64,000 bases of DNA. It comes from Antedon mediterranea (taxonomy: Eukaryota; Animalia; Echinodermata). Below are positions 43,268 through 54,500 of this stretch, piece by piece. The notes below the pieces were generated by a model that saw only the letters and a program-made list of their open reading frames with translations, did no database searches and had not been told where the DNA came from. The position numbers and the translations under genes are program-made. Position 1 is the stretch's first letter. Each line of letters starts with the position of its first letter. The DNA is taken from the NCBI RefSeq assembly GCF_964355755.1, contig NC_092680.1, forward strand, positions 17,989,045 to 18,053,044, given 5' to 3'.

Positions 43268-46200
43268 TTAGATTCTACTAATCCTTTCTGCTTTGATTGA
43301 GTACTGTATGTTCACTTTTCCCATCTCAATTTGGCACCCTGCATCATCTACATAAAACCCATTACAGAAATATTCTCTTCTACAACGTATAGCACATCTC
43401 AAATAAAGGGTCATGTTCTGTACGCCTAATTTCTCTTCACCAACAATGTAAAATCCTGAAATAGCTGTAATAAAAGAAAATAAACAGTAATATTTTGTAA
43501 AATAGATGTTTAGTCATCTATATGCTAATTGTAATTTATATTACATATTAAAGGCAGCACAAGCAATAAAAACTCATTTAACCCTAAACTATTTTATTTT
43601 ATTTTTTATTGATAAACACAATTTCACAATGGCAAGACAAACGACAGTAAATATATATGTATATATAATTATTAGAACCAAGTTGCAATTATGAGATAAT
43701 TTGGCTCAAGGTCACGAAACTAGAATTATATAAACTTTGCTTGCTTGAACTTTACCTCTTTCACACATAAAGTATGGTGAATACAGAGCTAAATCGTACG
43801 CGCGATCCTTCATGGTTCCTTTTAATCTAACTGCGGCCGGGTCGATGTTAGCAACACTTGGTTGCGATCCTCCTGAACCTCCCCATTCAACAACGTCTGT
43901 ATCAAGAGGTTCTCCCGTTTCCCATAACCAATTAGAATCAACATATCTGTCCAAACCTGCTTCTCGTGATAGGCCAATGACAATTGAATCACCTGGATAG
44001 TGTGTACTCATGAAGTCCTTGACGGCTGCAGCTTCGTCCGCAGTCGTCAAACTGACTAGAAGTTCACCGTGAGATTCACAGAACTCTCTTGCATCTCTTC
44101 TTGTAATTATAACATTATTCTGAACCGTTTCCACTAGAGTATATCGTGAGCCGCCGTACATAAATTCAGAAATACCTTGAATTTTGTTGAATAAAAGAAA
44201 TTGTCATCTTCTATTTGATATTGCTAAATTCATCATATAAACAAAATAAGAACATATGTGGGTCCTATAGTTTCACCTATGCTACAGTACACTGTATATA
44301 GATATACAGTATACTGTATATATTTTATATAACACAAAATAAGCTATAAGCGGCGTATGTGTCAAAAATCAACATTTTGCAATCCTTTTGTAATGTACGT
44401 GCATGTTTTTTAAAAACTAAATGTCAGTAAAATTATAAAAATGATCACCTATAATTCGTCAATATGACACAAAATAATCTCAAGCGGCGTCTGCATCAAT
44501 AAACCGACATTTTGCGATCATATTCTAATGTTACGTGCATGTTTATTTAAACTAAATATCAGTAAAGTTATAAAAATGATCACCTATAATTCGTCGATGT
44601 GCAAGACAAATTAAATTCTAGTTTTATTCGTTTACGTCTTTCTATCGAATGAATTATATTGGGAGTTAAAAGTATTAATTACAGTATAAGTTTTATAAAG
44701 TAATTTGAAATGCTTGTAAATAAAATAACTAAACTATTTTGGTAGATAAAAAGTCAATTTTACCTGGAATTCCATAAATTGCTAAAGCTCCTAAAAAGAT
44801 AATGAAAGATGAAATATGAGTTTGTTATTAATAAAACCTTGTGCTGAAAATAAAGAAGGACGATCGAATGATATTTTGAACCGTACATTATTTTTCTTTT
44901 TGCCTTTGGAATCATGTCGGTGCTTTTGAACGATTAAACTTATAACTTGCCTTTGTAAACGATTACCGTATTATTCGAATAAACGCCCCGGAGCGTTATT
45001 GTTCAGGTGTTTTTTAAGGATGTGGGCGGTTATTCGATGCGGGAGACTTTTTTGGTGTAATATGGTAACATATAATAATCAAATAAATATACCTTAAATA
45101 TGAAAAAATACAGAAAGTTTAATATAATGTGCGATAATATACAGCAACAATTACGTAGCCATAACATCGGCAAGGCTCACTCGAACCCTTTCGAGTGAGC
45201 CTTTTTTTCGAGACGAGTAGGGGGTTACCCCGGTGTACTAGTACATCACAGCCACTGGTCATTAACTGGGCCCTCTGGGAGACCAGTCTTTGACTGAAGA
45301 GGTCGCCCAGTATAAATATAAATAAATAAACAAATGAATTCAATTGTATCAAAATGCTTGGTAATAATTGTAGATACTAAAGGGTGAGCTCGCTTCGCTC
45401 GCTCCGCCTGGAAGTGTAGACAATGGTTCTCGGAATGATAAAAAGGTTAAAAAGGATTTAGAAGGACGTTCTGGCTTGGACGTTTTCTGCCGGTTACCAT
45501 TATTGAAATGCTTGATACTCGTGAAAACTAAACCTACTCTGTTCCACAGTGTCTTAGATGATTAATATAACATTTTAAAGTATAGTGTTTATTGTTTAGT
45601 AGGGCCCTTGTAGGGCGGAGGCGGGGAGACGGAGTTAATTTGTGGGAGGTGTTTATTCGAGGGATACGTTTAATTTTGTAGTTTTAATAATATGGTAACA
45701 TTTATAATCAAATAAAATTTTCTAATAGATATGAAATGTGAAAAGAATAACAAATTTTTGGTAAAATGATGAATATACAAATATATACAAATAGTATAAT
45801 TGTGTTATAAATATAATACAAATGCGATTATTATTCTAAGTGATGTTTTATTGGGAAGGTGTTCGGCGTTTATTCAAATAAATACCATCCTAATTGGTAT
45901 AATCAATACATCTATACACTATACATTTAGTTTAAACATCTTTTGAAACTAACTTCTGCCGTTTCGGCCTAAGAAGGAAGACGTTTTAGATGGCTTGCAA
46001 CATGGGCGTATCTCAGGGTCCTAAAGCCCACAGTTATCCTGCCAGCTTACTCAATAACTCTCTAACTATCGGGGTTACACTCAATTTGAAATAAAAGGTC
46101 TTATCATTAGTTCTCCCTATGTGATTTTATATACTATTCTCCACAATATACTCGGATGCTTTATGGCGTATATTTAATTTGATCTTGATTATTTTACAGT

Positions 46201-46798
46201 ATAATTTTTATTTTGCTACTGCACCTTCACACAGGCGGTCCGAAAATAAACAAAAACTAAAATTGCTATCGCCACCAACGGCCACCTTAGTTGAAACCAG
46301 GAAGTTGCAAAGTGAACCCGTGGACTCACCGTGAATCCGGAAAGTACTTTTAGCGCTCACAGTTGAAAATCCTAAGATAGAAATATGGAACAATATCGTA
46401 ATAGTGGAAACTAATGTTATCAAACCTACGTTTCGCGGTGCATCTGAGATAGATAAAAAGATAGGTATCCAAGGCGGAGATTTGTCCCAAAGTTTTTCCA
46501 TTGTGCTCGCCTATGTCAGAATTAACCATAATTTATATATAGATAGAAATGTGTTGTAATGCAATATTCAAGACAATAAATAAACGACTTTTATTCGAGG
46601 GGGTGTTTATTTCAAATGATGTTCAAATCAAAAGTGTAAACTCCAAAACAATTATTATTATTTACGTATTCAAATTAGTTTTGTTCCGAGGAAAAGGTGG
46701 TCGCCCTACAACCCCATTACTGTGTATAAAAATAATATCTTACCTTTTCCATAAAAATGAGCATAAAGAATACAGAAGCATAGCCTTAATTGAAACAT
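43268..46798 (-). CDS. Secreted C-type lectin domain + PAN/Apple-like protein, gene 5
   Basis: Exons 46798-46744 (MFQLRLCFCILYAHFYGK), possible microexon 44790-44764, 44175-43756 (CTLD) and 43464-43268 (PAN-like); phase-1 GT-AG, open frame. Confidence 0.83.
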
Positions 46799-47599
46799 GT
46801 TGCTACCGGAGTTAATAATGTTCGTCGCTGCAAAGAAGCAACACAGCTATAAACATACAGCACCTGAAATATTGTAAGCTTTTGTCTGGTGAATTTATTA
46901 TGACTTGTGCTATGTAATTGAGTTTTTAAGATTAAATATAAACTTCAGTGTTGCTATTGTCTGAACCTATTATAATATTACTCGCAAGTCACTTATTGTA
47001 ATTTGTTTCTTTAATTTGAATGAAGAATAGATTGTTGAAGGTTAAATGACTAATTATAACGTATTAATGACAAATAAACAAGATATTAGAAAGAAGTTGT
47101 TATAGGACTTTTGATGATTTTTATCGATTTAATAGTTATACTCGTAACAAAGTACACAAATTAAACCGAAATACTAATTATTCTTAAGCTGTATAGACCT
47201 ACGTTATAATAAAAGCAATTAACAACACGTTGTCAGCCATTGTTACTTTTTCTTTCACCGTTTTAGATCAATAATATATACGTTATTCTTTCATTTATCT
47301 AATGCTCATTCTAGTTTAAAAGTCTTTACGATATTCCTGGATAAATTTATATGCATTTCGTTGAACTATTTTTGGCGATTTAAAGTACATTGGCCGTATT
47401 CACCAATCACACTTAAGTGAGATATTTCCCTTAAATCCTAAGGATTTCCCTTAAATCAAGAAAATATTAAGGGTTTCACTTAAGTGGTATTCACAAAGGG
47501 TTTAATGTTAAGGGAAACCCTTAACTTGGTCTATTTTCTCCTAACTAACTAAAGTTAGTCTAAGTAAAGAAGCATATCGGCCTAGCATTGGAGTGATGT

Positions 47600-47988
47600 T
47601 CCCTAACCTTTTTTTACAATGCTATTAAAGAATGGAATAATTTACCAATTAACATTAAGGAATCACAAACTGTTTGTTGTTTTAAAAGTAAAGTTAAAAA
47701 GTATCTACAGGAACGTTCACTAGCTCTAGAAACTATTTAATTAGCGCTTCTTCTTTTTTCGATTGTCCTTTTTGCTGTTTTTTGTCATTTTTATTATGTT
47801 GCTTTGTTTGTCTTTTTTGCTGTTCTTTCAAAGGACCTCATTGGAAACAAGTCCGTAGAGGACTTTTATGAGTTATCCTTGGCATCCTTGTTTTATATTG
47901 GTATTTTTATATTTGTCAATTTTAATTGTATGTCTGTGATATTTTATGTACTGATGCCGAAATAAATCAAATCAAATCAAATCAAATC
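47600..47988 (+). mobile_element. LINE 3' fragment nested in the Harbinger element
   Basis: FFYNAIKEWNNLPINIKESQTV..FKSKVKKYL, 3' stem-loop AAGGACCTC...TTATCCTT and (AAATC)n tail. Confidence 0.75.
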
Positions 47989-48063
47989 TAACAACAACTA
48001 CATTTTGGCCTTAAAAAGTATTTATAGGACTACAAACAGTCATAATATTAAACTAAATTTTAC

Positions 48064-48340
48064 CTGTTTGCATTATGTCCTTTTTGAACGATGTAATGTT
48101 TTGCATTGCCTGCGAAACAAGATTTTCCCATTTTTTTTTGACATTTTGTTGGTCCCTGTCGGCAGTTGGATTGGTTTGTTTGACAGCAGCGGTAATCTCT
48201 TGCCAGGCTGTTGTTTTTTGTTTATAGGTTATTTTACTATCAAAAGCAGCTCTTAAAATATTCTTTCTTTTTCCATACTCGGCTACCAACACCTCCTTTT
48301 CTTCGTCCTTCCAATTAGGTTTTCGTTTTGTTGCTGCCAT
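48064..48340 (-). CDS. Myb/SANT-like DNA-binding domain exon (Harbinger accessory protein, NAIF1/MSANTD-like); likely partial
   Basis: MAATKRKPNWKDEEKEVLV..Y...K.IL...K..AWQEIT.AV......R...VKKKWENL...TG followed by a GTAAA donor; CCAAT boxes upstream at ~48402-48440. Confidence 0.75.
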
Positions 48341-48820
48341 TTTTTTGTTGCCAGCAAAAGTTTTCATTGAATATGCAAATGAGGTTTGAATGAGGGAAAG
48401 TGATTGGATATTGGACACATTGTCTCTCTTTTTGATTGGACAATGGGAAACTCATGAATATTTATAAATATTTTTCCCTTAAGTGTTTTACTTAAAAGTA
48501 AGGGTTTCCCTTAGGTAAGTGAATCCCTTAACTCATTTGTGAATACCCCTTAAGTGTTTCCCTTTGTTAAATTTTAAGGGTAAGTATTTCCCTTAGCCTA
48601 AGTGAGATTGGTGAATAACGGCCACAGGTGTTTAGTAAAGTTATTCCCCTTCCAAGAATACTGTTCTAAAATATTCCTGGACAAAATCTTAGGCCCTCAT
48701 AGAGTCAGTATCTATTCTGAGCGGAAACCGTCAGTCCGCTCCGCGTTATAGTAAACGTTCATAAGGAATAACATAGATTCTATTACCTTTACGGCTCGTC
48801 AGTGTAAATAAGCCTTACAG

Positions 48821-48998
48821 CGCGTGGTTCCCACTAGCGACGCAACACAAGGACGTAACGAACGCAAGTGAACTGACCAATCACAAGCGATGACTTATTC
48901 GCTTGTGATTGCCAACTGTCTATAACTTCGCTTGTCATTGGTTAAAACGCTTGCGTTGCGTTTACGTCTTTGCGTTACGTTCTAGTGGGAACCACGCT
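48821..48998. mobile_element. Harbinger-type MITE
   Basis: GCGTGGTTCCCACTAG / CTAGTGGGAACCACGC terminal inverted repeats. Confidence 0.75.
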
Positions 48999-50696
48999 TA
49001 ACGTAATGTAACGTAGAGACGTATTGACGCAAAGTGCTGTATTGCGTAATCACAAGTGGGAATCGACGACGCAGTGCTGCAAATATCGCAGATTTGATTT
49101 CACGCATGTGGGGTCAATCTATATATATTTACGTAAGGGCAAAATTCGATAAATCTCGGTTTATTTCTAGAATTTTTACTCGATGGTATATAAAGTTGGT
49201 TCATACTTTCGGTACTGATTTTAACCATCTGATGTAACCCTGTTTACTAATTAAATTTAGTTAGGTAATTAGTTATTGACGATTAAAACGAATTTAGGTT
49301 CAACGATTTGCCCCAAATAGGGGTGTTTTCCAATCGTGGTATACATGGTCTAATGAATGTCCATGGAAAAATACCCGCACACAATAATAGGAGGATGCTT
49401 CGCATTTTCCTATCTCCTCCTACGATAATTATTTTTAATAGCTGAAAACCGGTTGAACAGCTCGAGTACAGCATCATAATGTTGAAGACTTTAAAAAATA
49501 CTATTTTGATAGATTTAATATACATTTATAAAACTGTTTTGATCTGCGATAAATTGAACATTCCAATCTCTGTTTCACAAATGTCTATTCCCTCAGGCGT
49601 CGTAAAGACAAGTACTGTACAGTCATAACAGAAATTCGATCCATTTTATCCAATCTGTGCAGCAGAGGTTGGATACAGGTTGTTTTTTTAACGGATAATG
49701 AGCTAGCCTTTCCAGTCGCCGTCTATTAAATAATCATCTTTATTATTGCAGTTAAACCGCCACCCACACCACCACCCTCCCCCTCACTGGCATGAGTAGC
49801 GTTGTAAAGCCAGTAGAGGACAGGCCTACAGTACAAAGGATCACATGCCCTAAACGCAGAACAACTCTGGTGGTTAGGAACCAACTTAAGTATGAATTGG
49901 TTTTAAGAAACAATTGAAAACCATTAGACCTACTAATTAAGTTGAGTTAGATAATTATTTATTGACGATTAAAGCGAATTTACGATTTTCCCCGAATAGA
50001 GGTGTTTAGGCCTACTTTATTACTGACAGTTCCTTCTGAACGTTTATATTAATTAATAATGTAATTACTGTACAAAAAAATATAAACGTCGTCTAGTGAT
50101 GTATCGTTACATGTACTGTATTATTTCAATCGACTATACGGTGACAGTTTTAACAAAGCATTATATAGCAATGTTTTACTGTGTTTGGTCATGGAGGTAT
50201 AACTACCTCCATGGTTTAGTGGTATATTATTTGTAAAACAAGAAGCAATTAATATTTCGTTACTAAATGGATAAAGAATATATTGTTCGTCTTTGCACCC
50301 ATCCTCTTCCCCATCACTCAACCCTCATGTTGCATACAAAACACAAATTCAGTTTGTTTCAATGAATTGGTCTTATTTTTTGACTTGGCGAATTTAGGTT
50401 CAATGATTTGCCCCAAAGAGTGATGTTTTCCGATCGTGGTATACACTGTCTAATGGATGTCCATTTTGAAAAATACCCGCACACAATAATACGAATAAGG
50501 ATGCTTCGTATTTACCTATCTCCTTCTAAGATAATTGTTTTTAATAGCTGAAACCGGTTGAACTCGAGCACAGCATTATAAAGTTGAAGACAGACCGATT
50601 TTCTTTAAAAAAAAACCTATTTTGATAGATTTAATATAAGTTTATACAAATGTATTGATTTGTAATGAATAGAACATTACAATCTGTCAGTCTCAA

Positions 50697-51368
50697 TTTT
50701 CGAAAATGGCCTATTTTCGACCCTTTTATTTTTTGACATAACTGGTTACTATATGATAATTTACATGCGCAGAGTCCAAAAACGTGTTCTGCGCATGTTA
50801 ATTATGCTATAGTAACCAGTTATATCGAAAAATAAAAAGGTCGAAATCTGACCATTTAAAAAAAAAATTCCTGTACTATAGCACAGGGAAATTTTCGAAA
50901 ATGACCAATTTTCGACCCATTTTTTTTTTTGACATAACTGGTTACTATATCATAATTTACATGCGTAGAGTCCAAAAACGTGCTCTGCGCATGTTAATTG
51001 TGCTAAAGTAACCAGTTATATCGAAAAATATAAAGGTCGAAGTTTGATCATTTTTAGTAAAAGCATTATTTACATGCGCAGAGTCCAAAAACGTCTTCTG
51101 CGCCTGGGAATTATGCTATAGTAACCAGTTATATCGAAAATAAAAAGGTCGAAATCTGACCATTTTTTTAAAAAATTCCTGTACTAGGCCTATAGCACAG
51201 AGAAATTTTCGAAAATGGCCAGTTTTCGACCCTTTTATTTTTTGACATAACTCGTTACTATATCATAATTTACATGCGTAGAGTCCAAAAACGTGCTCTG
51301 CGCATGTTAATTATGCTAATGTAACCAGTTATATCGAAAAATATAAAGGTCGAAGTTTGACCATTTTT
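50697..51368. repeat. Tandem array of ~150-bp foldback units (3.5 copies)
   Basis: TTCGACC...ATAACTGGTTACTATA...CATGCGCAGA-loop-TCTGCGCATG...TATAGTAACCAGTTAT...GGTCGAA repeated at ~50700, 50895, 51068 (half) and 51208. Confidence 0.85.
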
Positions 51369-51370
51369 TG

Positions 51371-51578
51371 AACAAGGCCAACAGCCATAAGTCGCGAGCT
51401 CTCAGAAAAAAAATGAACTTTCAAAAAGTAATGTACTTTAAAACTTTTCTGTACATCAAAAGAGTTCAAAAAGTACAGAAAAGCGATAAAACGCATAGTG
51501 ATACCGGACCGACAGACAGACAGACCGACAGACCGACCGACCTAGTGAACTATAGAGTCGCGTCCACGCGACTAAAAA
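51371..51578 (-). mobile_element. HINE/DINE-1-like element; second copy at 51790-51996
   Basis: AGTCGCGTCCACGCGACTAAAA terminal hairpin, (GACA/GACC)n microsatellite, subterminal AGTCGCG and GGCCAACAGCC hairpin; two copies 420 bp apart. Confidence 0.7.
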
Positions 51579-51579
51579 T

Positions 51580-54500
51580 GTACTATAAAAATGTATGTCT
51601 TATTTTATTTAAAAAGACACTTTTATTATGAGGCTGTCGATATCATCTATATACAAAACATTTAATAGCATCAGCTCTTCAGATTAAAATTAACACTGAT
51701 GATTTTAGAAAAGGAAAGTAGCAATAAAAGAGAAAGAATTTATAACAAATGGGTTAAAAAATATACTATAAAAATGTATTTCTTTTTTTTCAAGGCCAAC
51801 AGCCATAAGTCGCGAGCTCTCAGAAAAAAAATGAACTTTCAAAAAGTAATGTACTTTAAAACTTTTCTGTACATCAAAAGAGTTCAAAAAGTACAGAAAA
51901 GCGATAAAACGCATAGTAATACCGGACCGACAGACAGACAGACCGACAGACCGACCGACCTAGTGAACTATAGAGTCGCGTCCACGCGACTAAAAATGTA
52001 CTATAAAAATGTATGTCTTATTTTATTTAAAAAATCATGAATCTCCTCTCCTTAATTGCAAACACAAAAAACGATCTGAGCATGTGCAAATGTATATAAA
52101 AGCACTCAGATAATGTACAGAGGGCAGTATAATGATATAAGCAGTGAGTTAGGCAGATCGTAAGTCAGCTCTCCTTAATTGCTTAAGTCACACAGCTGAC
52201 TTAGGCAGAAACACAAAAAATATAGTATATTGATATAAGCAGTGAGTTAGGCAGAAAAACAAAACAAAAATTATGACTTAGACACTTTTGTTATGAGGCT
52301 GTCGATATCATCTATATACAAAACATTTAATAGCATCAGCTCTTCAGATTAAAATTAACACTGATGATTTTAGAAAAGGAAAGTAGCAATAAAAGAGAAA
52401 GAATTTATAACAAATGGGTTAAAAAATATACTATAAAAATGTATTTCTTATTTTATTTAAAAATTCATGAGTCTCCTCTCCTTAATTGCCTAAGTCACAC
52501 AGCTGACTTAGGCAGAAACAAAAAAAAACGATCTTGGCATGTGCAAATGTATATAAAAGCACTCAGATAATGTACAGAGGGCAGTGTAAAGATATAAGCA
52601 GTGAGTTAGGCAGATCATAAATCAGCTCTCCTTAATTGCCTAAGTCACACATCTGACTTAGGCAGAAACACAAAAAATATAGTATATTGATGTAAGCAGT
52701 GAGTTAGGCAGATCATAAGTCAGCTCTCCTTAATTGCCTAAGTCACACAGCTGACTTGGGCAGAAACACAAAAAATATAGTATATTGATATAAGCAGTGA
52801 GTTAGGCAGATCATAAGTCAGCCCTCCTTAATTGCCTAAGTCACACATCTGACTTAGGCAGAAACACAAAAAATATAGTATATTGATATAAGCAGTGAGT
52901 TAGGCAGATCATAAGTCAGCTCTCCTTAATTGCCTAAGTCACACAGCTGACTTGGGCAGAAACACAAAAAATATAGTATATTGATATAAGCAGTGAGTTA
53001 GGCAGATCATAAGTCAGCTCTCCTTAATTGCCTAAGTCACACATCTGACTTAGGCAGAAACACAAAAAATATAGTATATTGATATAAGCAGTGAGTTAGG
53101 CAGATCATAAGTCAGCTCTCCTTAATTGCCTAAGTCACACAGCTGACTTGGGCAGAAACACAAAAAATATAGTATATTGATATAAGCAGTGAGTTAGGCA
53201 GATCATAAGTCAGCTCTCCTTAATTGCCTAAGTCACACAGCTGACTTGGGCAGAAACACAAAAAATATAGTATATTGATATAAGCAGTGAGTTAGGCAGA
53301 TCATAAGTCAGCTCTCCTTAATTGCGTAAGTCACACAGCTGACTTAGGCAGAAACACAACAAGTATAGTATATTGATATAAGCAGTGAGTTAGGCAGAAA
53401 AACCAAAAACAAATTATGACTTAGACACTTTTGTTATGAGGCTGCCGATATCATCTATATACAAAAAATGCTACCTTTAAGTAACAAAATTTAATAGCAT
53501 TAGCTCTTCAGATTAAAATTAACACTGATGATTTTAGAAAAGGAAAGTAGCAGTGAGTTAGGCAGAAAAAAAAAATTATGAATTAGACACTTTTGTTATG
53601 AGGCTGTCGATATCATCTATATACAAAAAATGCTACCTTTAAGTAACAAATTTAATAGCATCAGCTCTTCAGATTAAAATTAACACTGATGATTTTAGAA
53701 AAGGAAAGTAGCAATAAAAGAGGAAGAATTTGTAACAAATGGGTTAAAAAATATACTATAAAAATGTATTTCTTATTTTATTTTAAAAATCATGAGTCTC
53801 CTCTCCTTAATTGCCTAAGTCACACAGCTGACTTAGGCAGAAACACAAAAAAACGATCTGAGCATGTGCAAATGTATATAAAAACACGCAGATAATGTAC
53901 AGAGGGCAGTATAAAGATATAAGCAGTGAGTTAGGCAGATCATAAGTCAGCTCTCCTTAATTGCCTAAGTCACTCATCTGACTTAGGCAGAAACACAACA
54001 AAATATAGTATATTGATATAAGCAGTGAGTTAGGCAGATCATAAGTCAGCTCTCCTTAATTGCCTAAGTCACACAGCTGACTTGGGCAGAAACACAAAAA
54101 ATATAGTATATTGATATAAGCAGTGAGTTAGGCAGATCATAAGTCAGCTCTCCTTAATTGCCTAAGTCACACAGCTGACTTAGGCAGAAACACAATAAAA
54201 AATATAGTATATTAATATAAGCAGTGAGTTAGGCAGATCATAAGTCAGCTCTCCTTAATTGCCTAAGTCACACAGCTGACTTAGGCAGAAACACAACAAG
54301 TATAGTATATTGATATAAGCAGTGAGTTAGGCAGAAAAACCAAAAACAAATTATGACTTAGACACTTTTGTTATGAGGCTGTCGATATCATCTATATACA
54401 AAAAATGCTACCTTTAAGTAACAAAATTTAATAGCATTAGCTCTTCAGATTAAAATTAACACAGATGATTTTAGAAAAAGAAAGTAGCAGTGAGTTAGGC

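Larger units (their letters stand above)
16131..43500. repeat. Tandem segmental duplication, ~8 kb unit, about 3.3 copies
   Basis: Same ORFs recur at 16423/24366/32765, 22436/30680/~38790 and 23829/32084/40181; offsets 7.9-8.4 kb; sequences nearly identical by eye. Confidence 0.95.
47391..48624 (-). mobile_element. Harbinger/PIF deletion derivative carrying Myb/SANT ORF exon
   Basis: TIR TGGCCGTATTCACCAATCACACTTA / TAAGTGAGATTGGTGAATAACGGCCA; many subterminal TCCCTTAA/TTAAGGG motifs at both ends. Confidence 0.8.

Noticed and set aside
53628-53715. Hammerhead-like string in a satellite module (TGCTAC...CTGATGA-TTTTAGAAAAG-GAAA-GTAGCA)
   Set aside because: Core words are present, but stem II is a weak AT stem without the R10.1-Y11.1 pair, the cleavage triplet would be CCU rather than NUH, stem I does not pair next to the core, and many copies read CAGATGA. 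An Infernal or RNAMotif search would settle it.
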